A stretch of DNA of 64,000 bases. It comes from Candidatus Micrarchaeota archaeon (GTDB taxonomy: Archaea > Micrarchaeota > Micrarchaeia > Norongarragalinales > Norongarragalinaceae). Position numbers and translations under genes: made by a program. Below the pieces are notes generated by a model. That model saw nothing but the letters and a program-made list of their open reading frames with translations, was not told the DNA's origin and searched no databases. Positions within the stretch are counted from its first letter, which is position 1, and each line of letters begins with the position of its first letter. The DNA is taken from contig JACQQD010000009.1 in assembly GCA_016207165.1 (NCBI GenBank), forward strand, positions 64,001 through 128,000, in the 5' to 3' direction. Shown piece by piece: positions 47,269 through 55,763 of this stretch.

Positions 47269-48159
47269 ATGGCCGCCACGATTTTGAAGGGCAAACCCGT
47301 TGCCGAGAAGATCCGCGAGGACTTGGCGCAGAAAGCCGCGGAACTGGCCAAAAAAGTCGGCCGGCCGCCCGGCTTGGCCGCGATTTTAGTGGGTGAGGAC
47401 CCTGCGTCGCAGGTTTACGTGTCCATGAAGCACAAGGCTTGCCAGGAAGCCGGCTTTCATTCGGAACTCATTCAATTGGAGGAATCCATTCCGCAGGAGG
47501 AATTGCTCAAGAAAATACGGGAACTCAACCGCCAAACCACCGTGGACGGCATCCTGGTGCAACTGCCTTTGCCCAAGCACCTCAACGAGGAAGTAGTGCT
47601 TGAAGCGGTAGCGCCGGAAAAGGACGTGGATGGGTTCCACCCTCAAAACCAGGGAAAGCTTTTGCTGGGTTTGGAGGGTTTTGTGCCGGCCACGCCCAAG
47701 GGAGTGATGCGGATGCTGTCGGAAGCCGGCGTCGCGCTCAAAGGAAAGCACGCCGTGGTAGTGGGCCGGAGCAACATCGTGGGAAAGCCGTTGGCGCTTT
47801 TGTTGTTGCGGGAGGACGCGACGGTGACGATTTGCCACTCCAAGACCAAGAAACTGGAGGAAATCACGCGGCAAGCCGACGTCTTGGTGGCGGCGGTGGG
47901 CAAAGCCGGTCTGATCACTGAAAAGCACGTCAAGGACGGGGCCGTGGTCATCGATGTGGGCACCACCCGGGAAAAGGGAAGGCTTCGCGGGGACGTGGAC
48001 TTTGACTCCGTGGTAAAAATTGCCTCGTTGTTGACGCCGGTTCCTGGCGGAGTCGGGCCCATGACCATCGCATTGCTTTTAGAGAACACGTTTTGGGCGT
48101 ACCAAAAGCGGAATGGCTTGCAGGCTGGAACGAATGAGAATTCAATAAGGCAAGGATAA
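47269..48159 (+). CDS. folD: Methylene-THF dehydrogenase/cyclohydrolase
   Basis: YVSMK, GILVQLPLP, KDVDG, GRSNIVGKP, TPVPGGVGPMT. Confidence 0.97.
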   Translation: MAATILKGKPVAEKIREDLAQKAAELAKKVGRPPGLAAILVGEDPASQVYVSMKHKACQEAGFHSELIQLEESIPQEELLKKIRELNRQTTVDGILVQLPLPKHLNEEVVLEAVAPEKDVDGFHPQNQGKLLLGLEGFVPATPKGVMRMLSEAGVALKGKHAVVVGRSNIVGKPLALLLLREDATVTICHSKTKKLEEITRQADVLVAAVGKAGLITEKHVKDGAVVIDVGTTREKGRLRGDVDFDSVVKIASLLTPVPGGVGPMTIALLLENTFWAYQKRNGLQAGTNENSIRQG

Positions 48160-48175
48160 CGCAAGGCTACGAAGA

Positions 48176-48964
48176 ATGACCAAGTTGGTTTTTACGGTGG
48201 ATGTGGACCGCGATGTGGCGTGGCCCATAAACGGTTCGCATGTGGGCGGCTCAAAGCACCACTTCGAGCCGTCGTTTGAGTCTTCCCAGAAAGGCTTTTT
48301 CGCTCTCCTGGAGTTGGTCAACGAACTTTCGGTGCCTACCACTTTTTTTTTCGAGGCCGCCACGGCCAAACGCATTGGCCCCGTGTGGTTGGGCCACGAA
48401 GTGGCGTGCCACGGGTTTGACCACGAGGATTTCACCGGCAAAAAAACGGGCCGTCCATTGCCTGCGGTAAAGCGCCGCGTCATCCTTCAAAAGGCCAAGA
48501 CGGAGTTGGAGGAGTTGTTTGAAAGCCGGGTTTACGGGTTCCGGGCGCCGTACCTGCATTGGGACGTGGCGTTGTTGGAGATGCTTGGCCAGAACGGTTT
48601 CGCGTACGATTCCTCCGTCGTGGCCGGCGAGTTGGAAAAACCGCCGTTGCCGGAATTGTTTTTGCCGAGTTGGAGGGACCAAAACGCAAAGGCGTTGTCG
48701 GGATACTTGTGGCCGCTCATGGAGGGAAAAAGAGCGGTGGAGGACTACGTGTTGGCCGTGAAACAAGCGGTTTCCCAAAACGAGCCTTACGTGGTGTTGG
48801 CCACGCATTCCTGGCACACGCACGCCTCCGTCGAAAAAGGCGTTTTAAGCGAAGGCCAGGCCAACCGAAACGTGGGCCGCGTCCGCGAACTCTTGGACGC
48901 ATTTTTGGGCTTGGACGGCCTGGAATTCGTTTTGGGAAAGGAGGCCGTGCAGGCAAAGCTTTAA
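48176..48964 (+). CDS. Polysaccharide deacetylase (NodB homology) family protein
   Basis: FTVDVD, TFFF, HEVACHGFDH, GFRAPY, YDSS. Confidence 0.85.
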   Translation: MTKLVFTVDVDRDVAWPINGSHVGGSKHHFEPSFESSQKGFFALLELVNELSVPTTFFFEAATAKRIGPVWLGHEVACHGFDHEDFTGKKTGRPLPAVKRRVILQKAKTELEELFESRVYGFRAPYLHWDVALLEMLGQNGFAYDSSVVAGELEKPPLPELFLPSWRDQNAKALSGYLWPLMEGKRAVEDYVLAVKQAVSQNEPYVVLATHSWHTHASVEKGVLSEGQANRNVGRVRELLDAFLGLDGLEFVLGKEAVQAKL

Positions 48965-48994
48965 GCGGTTTTGCGACCAAATCGGCTATTGCGT

Positions 48995-50542
48995 ATGTTT
49001 GAAAAACAAATCGACGTCAAGCGGGCGCTCATCAGCGTTTACAACAAGGATGGCGTCGGCGAATTCGCCTCGTTTTTGCACGGCTTGGGCGTGCAAATCA
49101 TTTCCACGGGTGGAACCGCGGCACTCATCAAGAAGCACGGCGTGCCGGTGGTGGACGTATCCGATTACACGGGTTTTCCAGAAATGCTTTCCGGCCGCGT
49201 CAAGACGCTTCACCCCAAGGTGCACGCCGGCATACTGTACCGACGCCAGTTAAGCCAGGACGTTTCCGCCATTGAAAAGCACGGCGTGTCCGGCATTGAC
49301 TTGGTCGTCGTCAACTTGTATCCCTTCCAGGAAACCGTTTCCAAAAAAGGCGTGACGCGCGAGGACGTCATCGAGAACATCGACATCGGCGGCCCCGCGT
49401 TGCTTCGCGCTTCGGCCAAGAACTTTGAGCATGTGGCCGTGGTGTGCGACCCGAACGACTACTCGGCTTTGGAAAAGGAATTGTCGGAGTTCAATGGCCG
49501 CCTTTCGTTTGAAACCAGGGAAAAACTTATGGTCAAGGCCTTTGAGCACACGGCGGCGTATGACGCCGCGATTTGCACGCAATTCCAAAACGAGCAGGAC
49601 GTGGACTTCCCTTCGTCGGCCACTCGTCACCTCAGGAAAGTCGCCGACTTGCGTTACGGAGAGAACCCCCACCAGAAAGCCGCGCTTTACTCCTGGAAGA
49701 CGGGACTGGCCCAAGCGGAACTTTTGTCCGGAAAACCCATGTCGTACAATAATTGGCTTGACGCGTATTCCGCGTACCGCATCGCCCGGGAATTTGAGGA
49801 CCCGGTGGCGGTGGTAGTCAAGCACAACAACCCGTGCGGCGGGGCGCAGGACGAAAACCTCGCGTCGGCCTTGAAAAAAGCGTTGAAGGCGGATCCCGTT
49901 TCGGCATTCGGCGGCGTGTACGCCTTCAATGGCCGCGTGGACGCCGAAACCGCTGAAGTACTCAAGGACTGGTTCGTGGAAGTCATCGTGGCAAAAGACT
50001 TTGACCAAACCGCCTTGGAAATTTTAGTCCAGAAACCCAACCGCCGGCTCTTGGATGCGTCGAATGTCTGGGATGCGCCGCTTCCACGGGAACTGCGCTC
50101 CATTGGGGGCTCGATTTTGTTCCAGGAAACCGATGACCAGCTTTACCAGGAAGTTCGGACGGTGTCCAAACGGCTTCCCAGCGCTTCGGAAAAAGACGAC
50201 TTGGATTTCGCGTGGCGGTTCTGCAAGCACGCCAAATCCAACGCCATCGTTTTTGCGAAAGACCGCCAAATCGTGGGAGTGGGAGCCGGTCAGATGAGCC
50301 GAGTGGATTCGGTAAAAATCGCCGTAATGAAAGCCGGAGAGGCCAAACTGTCCCTGCAAGGCGCCGTGATGGCTTCCGACGCGTTTTTTCCTTTTCCCGA
50401 CGGCATCCAACTGGCGGCCAAGGCCGGCATCACGGCCGTCATGCACCCCGGTGGCTCGCTGAAGGACCAGAACGTCATTGCCGAAGCCGACAAACTGGGC
50501 CTGGCTATGGTGTTCACGGGAATGCGGCACTTCCGCCATTAA
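48995..50542 (+). CDS. purH: Bifunctional AICAR transformylase/IMP cyclohydrolase
   Basis: RALISV, GRVKTLHP, IDIGGP, LRYGENPHQ, KHNNPCG, SDAFFPF, RHFRH. Confidence 0.97.
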   Translation: MFEKQIDVKRALISVYNKDGVGEFASFLHGLGVQIISTGGTAALIKKHGVPVVDVSDYTGFPEMLSGRVKTLHPKVHAGILYRRQLSQDVSAIEKHGVSGIDLVVVNLYPFQETVSKKGVTREDVIENIDIGGPALLRASAKNFEHVAVVCDPNDYSALEKELSEFNGRLSFETREKLMVKAFEHTAAYDAAICTQFQNEQDVDFPSSATRHLRKVADLRYGENPHQKAALYSWKTGLAQAELLSGKPMSYNNWLDAYSAYRIAREFEDPVAVVVKHNNPCGGAQDENLASALKKALKADPVSAFGGVYAFNGRVDAETAEVLKDWFVEVIVAKDFDQTALEILVQKPNRRLLDASNVWDAPLPRELRSIGGSILFQETDDQLYQEVRTVSKRLPSASEKDDLDFAWRFCKHAKSNAIVFAKDRQIVGVGAGQMSRVDSVKIAVMKAGEAKLSLQGAVMASDAFFPFPDGIQLAAKAGITAVMHPGGSLKDQNVIAEADKLGLAMVFTGMRHFRH

Positions 50543-50624
50543 ACCGGTTTAGAGTTTCGTGGGTTTTCACGGATTGCTATAAAAGGGTTTGCCGCCTTAG
50601 ATACAACTGGGTGGGACGCCTTCC

Positions 50625-52043
50625 GTGTGCGGCATCGTAGGAGTCATCGGCCAGGACAACGTCGCCTTGGACATTTACCAGGGCCTATTGGCCGTTCAGC
50701 ACCGGGGCCAGGATTCCGCGGGAATCGCGTGTTTTGACAAGGTCCGAATTAATTTAAAAAAGGGTTTGGGACTGGTTTCCGAGGTTTTCACCGAGGACAA
50801 CCTCTCGCGTTTAAGTGGGAAAGCGGGTATCGGGCACGTGCGGTATGCCACCGCGGGAAGCACTCCTTTGTTGGACATGTCGCCGTTTGTCGTCGACATT
50901 CCGCACGCCATCGCTTTCGCGCATAACGGCAACACGGTCAATTACCTGGATTGGGAGCAGGTTTTTCGGGAGCGCATCCAGTCGTGCTGTGACTCCGAGA
51001 TTTTGTTGCACTTGTTTTCCGATAAGTTAAGCCAGGACAAGCACTTGGACGTGGCATCCGTTTTTGACGCGGTTTTGTCGTTCATGAAGGACGTCAACGG
51101 CTCGTACTCCATTGTCGCCGTGGTCGAACGACTCGGGCTTTTGGCTTTCCGGGACCCCCACGCCAACCGCCCTTTGGTCATGGGAAAGCGCGGCAACGAC
51201 GTGGCGTTTGCTTCCGAGTCCGCGGCACTGGATGCCATGGGCTTTGAGTTGGTGCGTGATTTGTTGCCCGGCGAAGCCGTGTTCGTGGAACCCGGAGGCA
51301 TCATTCACGAGAAAGTGCTTCTCCCCAAAGCGCCGAGGCACTGCATGTTTGAGTGGGTGTACTTTTCGCGTCCGGACTCCGTTTTGGAGGGTAAAAGCGT
51401 GTACGAAACCCGCATCGCTCTTGGAAAACAATTGGCCAAGGCCATTGAGCGAAGCGATGCGGACTTGGTCATGGCGGTTCCAGACACGTCGCGTCCGGCG
51501 GCCGCCGGATTGGCTGAAGAATTGGGCAAGCCTTTGGCGGAAGGCATGATCAAGAACCGCTACATTGGCCGGACGTTCATCATGCCGACTCAGGAAGGCC
51601 GCGAACGCGCCATGCGCGTGAAGCTCAACACCGTCAAAAGCGTGGTGAAAGGAAAGCACGTGTTGATGGTGGATGACTCCATTGTGCGGGGCACCACGGC
51701 CCGGCGCATCGTCAAACTCGTCAAGAAGGATGCCAAAACCCTGCATTTGGCGTCCACGTGTCCGCCCATCAAGTACCCTTGCTTTTACGGCATTGATTTT
51801 CCGATTCCATCGGAACTGGTGGCCGCCACGGAAAAAGACGAGGATGGCGTCCGAAAGAAGCTGGGCGCCGACGCGTTGACGTACCAGTCCCTGGACGGGC
51901 TGAAAAAAGCGTTGGGCGTGAAAGGACTTTGCACGGCGTGCCTGGATGGGGATTACCCCACGGAGATTCCGGTGGACGTGCGCAAGAAGTTGGAGGCTGT
52001 TCGCGCCAACGAGCGCAAAAAGGTGGGAAGCGCGTATGTCTAA
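50625..52043 (+). CDS. purF: Amidophosphoribosyltransferase
   Basis: N-terminal CG, QHRGQD, HVRY, HNG, DDSIVRGTT, Fe-S cysteines. TATAAAA at about 50578. Confidence 0.97.
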   Translation: MCGIVGVIGQDNVALDIYQGLLAVQHRGQDSAGIACFDKVRINLKKGLGLVSEVFTEDNLSRLSGKAGIGHVRYATAGSTPLLDMSPFVVDIPHAIAFAHNGNTVNYLDWEQVFRERIQSCCDSEILLHLFSDKLSQDKHLDVASVFDAVLSFMKDVNGSYSIVAVVERLGLLAFRDPHANRPLVMGKRGNDVAFASESAALDAMGFELVRDLLPGEAVFVEPGGIIHEKVLLPKAPRHCMFEWVYFSRPDSVLEGKSVYETRIALGKQLAKAIERSDADLVMAVPDTSRPAAAGLAEELGKPLAEGMIKNRYIGRTFIMPTQEGRERAMRVKLNTVKSVVKGKHVLMVDDSIVRGTTARRIVKLVKKDAKTLHLASTCPPIKYPCFYGIDFPIPSELVAATEKDEDGVRKKLGADALTYQSLDGLKKALGVKGLCTACLDGDYPTEIPVDVRKKLEAVRANERKKVGSAYV

Positions 52044-53403
52044 GGTACTGCTTGTGGCCGCCATCGGACGGGGCCACGCGTTGGCTAAAAAATTTCATCA
52101 AAGCGGGGTGGAAGTCTACAGCCTCATTCCGTTTGCCAATCCAGGCATCATTTCCTGTTCCAAAGAGCACCACGTGGTGGACATCACCAATGCACAGACC
52201 GTGGCCAAACACGCCGAACGCATCGACCCGGACTATGTGTGGGTGGCGGGCGACGAATCCATTGCCGCGGGGGTGGCGGACGCCGTTCAGGAAGTGGGTG
52301 TGCCAGCCATTGCTCCGCTTAAGACCGTGGCGAGGCTGGAAAGCGACAAGGCGTTTGCCCGCGAATTCATGAAAGAGTACGTGGGGCATGCCTGTCCGCG
52401 GTTTGAATGCTTTACCGACGCGGAGTCCGCCAAAAACCACATTGACGTCGTTCCATACGATTTCGTCATCAAACCCATGGGGTTGACCGGCGGAAAAGGC
52501 GTGAAAGTCTTGGGCAGCCAACTGAAAGACCGCGAGGAAGCCAAAGCGTACGCCGAGGAGGCCATCGCCGCCGACCGAATCGGAGGAATCGTGATTGAGG
52601 AAAAGCTGGAAGGCGAAGAATTTTCGCTTCAGTGCTTCGTGGACGGCGAGTCTTTTGCGGCCATGCCGTTGTGCCAGGACCACAAGCCCGCATATGACGG
52701 CGATTTGGGGCCCATGACGGGCGGCATGGGCACGTACACGTGCGAGGATGGACGGCTTCCCTTTGTCTCCGATGAGGAGTACGACGCGGCGTTAAACGTA
52801 GTTGAAAAAACGGTGTCCGGCGTGAAAGCAAAGACGGGCGAGGCCTTCAAAGGCGTTTTGTACGCGCAATTCATGTTGACGAGAAACGGGCCGTTTGTCA
52901 TCGAGTACAACGCGCGCCTTGGGGATCCGGAAGCCATGAACGTCTTGCCGCTGATGAAAACCAATTTCCATGACGTGTGCAAAGCCATCGTGGACGTGGA
53001 ACTCGAGCGCTTCAAAGTGGAATTCGAGCCGCAAGCCTCGGTGTGCAAGTACGTGGTGCCGGAAGGCTATCCGGAACGCAAAGACCAATTCGAGTTTTCC
53101 TTGGATGAATCCAAGCTTTCCGACGTGGAGTTGTTCTATTCCGGCGTGGAACAAAAAAACGGAAAACGCTTCACCACCGGCTCGCGGGGATTTGGCTTGA
53201 CCGCCCTGGGAGCCAACGTGGCTGAAGCGTACCAGAAGGCCGAGAACGCCTTAAGCCAATTGGACCTCAAGGGATTCCGCTACCGCAAAGACATTGCGTC
53301 CGAGGCAAGCATTGCGGCCAAGATCCAGCACATGGAATTGATTCGCGGAAGGCCGGCCACCGTGGTTCCAGCCCCTCCGGCGTCCACCATTGAGACGGTG
53401 TAA
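52036..53403 (+). CDS. purD: Phosphoribosylamine-glycine ligase
   Basis: LESDK.F, GGKGV, EEKLEGEE, QDHK, TGGMG, EYNARLGDPE. Start ATG 52036. Confidence 0.95.
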   Translation: MSKVLLVAAIGRGHALAKKFHQSGVEVYSLIPFANPGIISCSKEHHVVDITNAQTVAKHAERIDPDYVWVAGDESIAAGVADAVQEVGVPAIAPLKTVARLESDKAFAREFMKEYVGHACPRFECFTDAESAKNHIDVVPYDFVIKPMGLTGGKGVKVLGSQLKDREEAKAYAEEAIAADRIGGIVIEEKLEGEEFSLQCFVDGESFAAMPLCQDHKPAYDGDLGPMTGGMGTYTCEDGRLPFVSDEEYDAALNVVEKTVSGVKAKTGEAFKGVLYAQFMLTRNGPFVIEYNARLGDPEAMNVLPLMKTNFHDVCKAIVDVELERFKVEFEPQASVCKYVVPEGYPERKDQFEFSLDESKLSDVELFYSGVEQKNGKRFTTGSRGFGLTALGANVAEAYQKAENALSQLDLKGFRYRKDIASEASIAAKIQHMELIRGRPATVVPAPPASTIETV

Positions 53404-53416
53404 ACCGATTGGCCTT

Positions 53417-53812
53417 TCACGCTTGGGCGAAGTACTCCTTCATGGGCTCGAAATAGTGGTCCTTCCAACCCGCGTCGTAACTTTTCCCTTGGCCTTTGGG
53501 AATGTTCGTGTGGTCCAAAGTCACTTGGCATCCATTCGCCGTCTTTTTGATCGTGAAGACGAGCTGGGAGTCCGGCGCGTCGTCCGGAAACTCGGAGGTT
53601 CTCCACGTCTGAACGATTTTGTTTCCCGAAACCAGCTCTGTAAAGTTTCCCCAGATGTAGCCGTCCCACGCCGTCATCTTGCCGCCGACTTTCGCGTCGA
53701 TTTTCGCGGTGCCGCCCGTTGACTGGGTGTGGCCGTTGGACGTCATGTACGCGTCGTACCACTGTTTTGGCGAAACGCCTTCAAATTCAACGGTTTGGTG
53801 CACTTCATCCAT
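53417..53812 (-). CDS. SRPBCC/AHSA1-like protein
   Basis: VGG...WDG.I.G...ELV..KIVQTWR, L.HTNIP, GWKDHYF. Confidence 0.85.
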   Translation of the reverse strand: MDEVHQTVEFEGVSPKQWYDAYMTSNGHTQSTGGTAKIDAKVGGKMTAWDGYIWGNFTELVSGNKIVQTWRTSEFPDDAPDSQLVFTIKKTANGCQVTLDHTNIPKGQGKSYDAGWKDHYFEPMKEYFAQA

Positions 53813-54218
53813 TTTTTTCAGCCTCCGGTTTTTTCCGCCGTCTGGCGTTGACGTTGGTTTCAATCAAGTCCGCAAGCAGGTCAGGGGTGATGCGGCCGTG
53901 CGTCGTGGTTTCCAATGGCGCCAACGTGAGCCAAAGAAATGGGCCTTGTTCTTCCTTTTGTAAATCAACAAGGCCTCCGCTTTTGCCTATTTTCGCTTCA
54001 TAATCTGCCTTGAGGCGGCTTAAGTCAGCGTGAACTTGGTTGCGGTGGCTGACCGTGGAATGCTCTAGAAGCACTCGAACCGGCATGCCGGCTTGGGCGT
54101 TGGCTGATTTGATTAGTCCGTTTGAAGCGTGCTGGCTTAAGAGCCCAATGAGGTCCTCGCGAAAGTTGCTGATGCTGGTTCGCTCCGTCCTGCGGGCACG
54201 GTACGATTTTGGCCTCAT
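53805..54218 (-). CDS. Hypothetical protein
   Basis: 137-aa basic orphan; overlaps the SRPBCC start. Confidence 0.55.
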   Translation of the reverse strand: MRPKSYRARRTERTSISNFREDLIGLLSQHASNGLIKSANAQAGMPVRVLLEHSTVSHRNQVHADLSRLKADYEAKIGKSGGLVDLQKEEQGPFLWLTLAPLETTTHGRITPDLLADLIETNVNARRRKKPEAEKNG

Positions 54219-54262
54219 TTTTTTTGTTTCCTCAACTCAGTTTTTTCTTGTCTTGGTTGTTT

Positions 54263-54673
54263 TCAGATTTCACGCCTTAATTGGGTAAGAATCATAGTCC
54301 CGTCTGGATTGTCTTTTCCGGCCAGAATGTAGCCGATGCTGGCGCTTCGATGATACGTTGGCGTGTCCTCCGTTCTGACTGGGCAGACACCAAGCATTTG
54401 CCGGAGGCTTTGGCCCGTGGACGAGAGGTGTCGTATGGCTTTTCGATGCCGACTGAATGCGTTTTCGTGCGCGCTTTGAATGGCATGTACCGCATGTCCA
54501 AGACGCATCTGAATTTCATGTTCAGTAACCTTCTCGTCGTTCACCGGAACGTGCACGAACACACCCGTTTCTTCATTGCCCACGACGTGGGCGCTTAATC
54601 CTTGTTCGCGCACTTCCTGCGCTACTTCTTGCGCAAAATTTCTTGCAGTAAAAAGACGTCGTTCCATGGTCAT
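54263..54673 (-). CDS. Hypothetical protein
   Basis: 136-aa orphan; ATGA overlap with the purM stop. Confidence 0.55.
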   Translation of the reverse strand: MTMERRLFTARNFAQEVAQEVREQGLSAHVVGNEETGVFVHVPVNDEKVTEHEIQMRLGHAVHAIQSAHENAFSRHRKAIRHLSSTGQSLRQMLGVCPVRTEDTPTYHRSASIGYILAGKDNPDGTMILTQLRREI

Positions 54674-55704
54674 TCTTTTCCGTTGATGTGGACCGCGGGT
54701 GTCTTGGTGACGTGGCCAACGGTCTTGGCTTCCAGCTTGAATTTCTTGGCTTGTTTCAGCACGGCATCCGGTTCATCCGTTACCACGAGAAATCCGTTGC
54801 CCATGTTCCACGCCTTGTAGGCTTCCGATTCGGCAACGCCGCCCATTTCAATCAGGGTCTTCATGGCGTTGCAGGGCTCAAAAAGATCGGAAAGTTCTGC
54901 TCCAAGGCCGCCGGATGGCTTGAGTGCCCGCCCGAGTTTGCCGGGAATTCCTCCGCCGGTGACATGCGCCATGGCGGAGACGTGTGCCGCGGGTTGGCCG
55001 TCCACGCCGCCAAACAGGGACACGGCAAACCGCGTGTACAGCTTGGAGGGTGAAAGGATTTGTTCGGCGAGTTTGCGGTCTTCTTCGTGCCAGTTTTTTC
55101 CAAAGTGTTTTTCCATTATTTTGCGGGCCAAACTCAAGCCGTTCGAGCGGAAGCTGTCTTCTTTCAAGGCGACGATGGCGTGGCCGGCTTTCACGGCTTT
55201 CCCGGAAATGAGGCGCTCTTTTTTTGCAAACCAGGTGCAGGAGCTGGTCCAGTTCAAGCAAAAGGATCCGAATCCGCCGACTTTGGTTCCCAGTTCCGCG
55301 ATTTCGCCGTTGACCACGGCAACGCCGGCTTCAATGGCCGCCGCTTCCAGGCCTTGGGCCAACTGCAAAAGCGGTTTGGATTGGATTTGGTTGACGTCCA
55401 ACACGTTGGTGACGTAAAACGGCTCGCCGCCGCGCACCACGGCGTCGTCGCACACCATGGCCAGCAAGTCAAAGCCGAGGGTGTCGAATTTTCCGAGGCG
55501 TTCGGCGACTTCCGTTTTGGTTCCAACCCCATCGACGTTCTCGCCCATGACGCAGCCCACAGGAGGTTGAACGTAACGGAGGCCTGAAAAGTCGTCGAAA
55601 CCGGTTTGCACGCGGTTTTTCCACGTGCGTTTGGCGGCGGCATAGAAGGCTTTGGAGGCTTGGTCCCCCGCTTCCACGTTCACGCCGGCATCCGAGTATT
55701 TCAT
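54670..55704 (-). CDS. purM: AIR synthetase
   Basis: YSDAGV, DGVGTK, AMVCDD, GEIAE, RSNGLSL, HVTGGG, NMGNG. Confidence 0.92.
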   Translation of the reverse strand: MKYSDAGVNVEAGDQASKAFYAAAKRTWKNRVQTGFDDFSGLRYVQPPVGCVMGENVDGVGTKTEVAERLGKFDTLGFDLLAMVCDDAVVRGGEPFYVTNVLDVNQIQSKPLLQLAQGLEAAAIEAGVAVVNGEIAELGTKVGGFGSFCLNWTSSCTWFAKKERLISGKAVKAGHAIVALKEDSFRSNGLSLARKIMEKHFGKNWHEEDRKLAEQILSPSKLYTRFAVSLFGGVDGQPAAHVSAMAHVTGGGIPGKLGRALKPSGGLGAELSDLFEPCNAMKTLIEMGGVAESEAYKAWNMGNGFLVVTDEPDAVLKQAKKFKLEAKTVGHVTKTPAVHINGKE

Positions 55705-55763
55705 GCCAAATTCCTTAGTCGATTGGATATGTAAATAAAAAGCGTCCAAGGCAATATAAGCGC

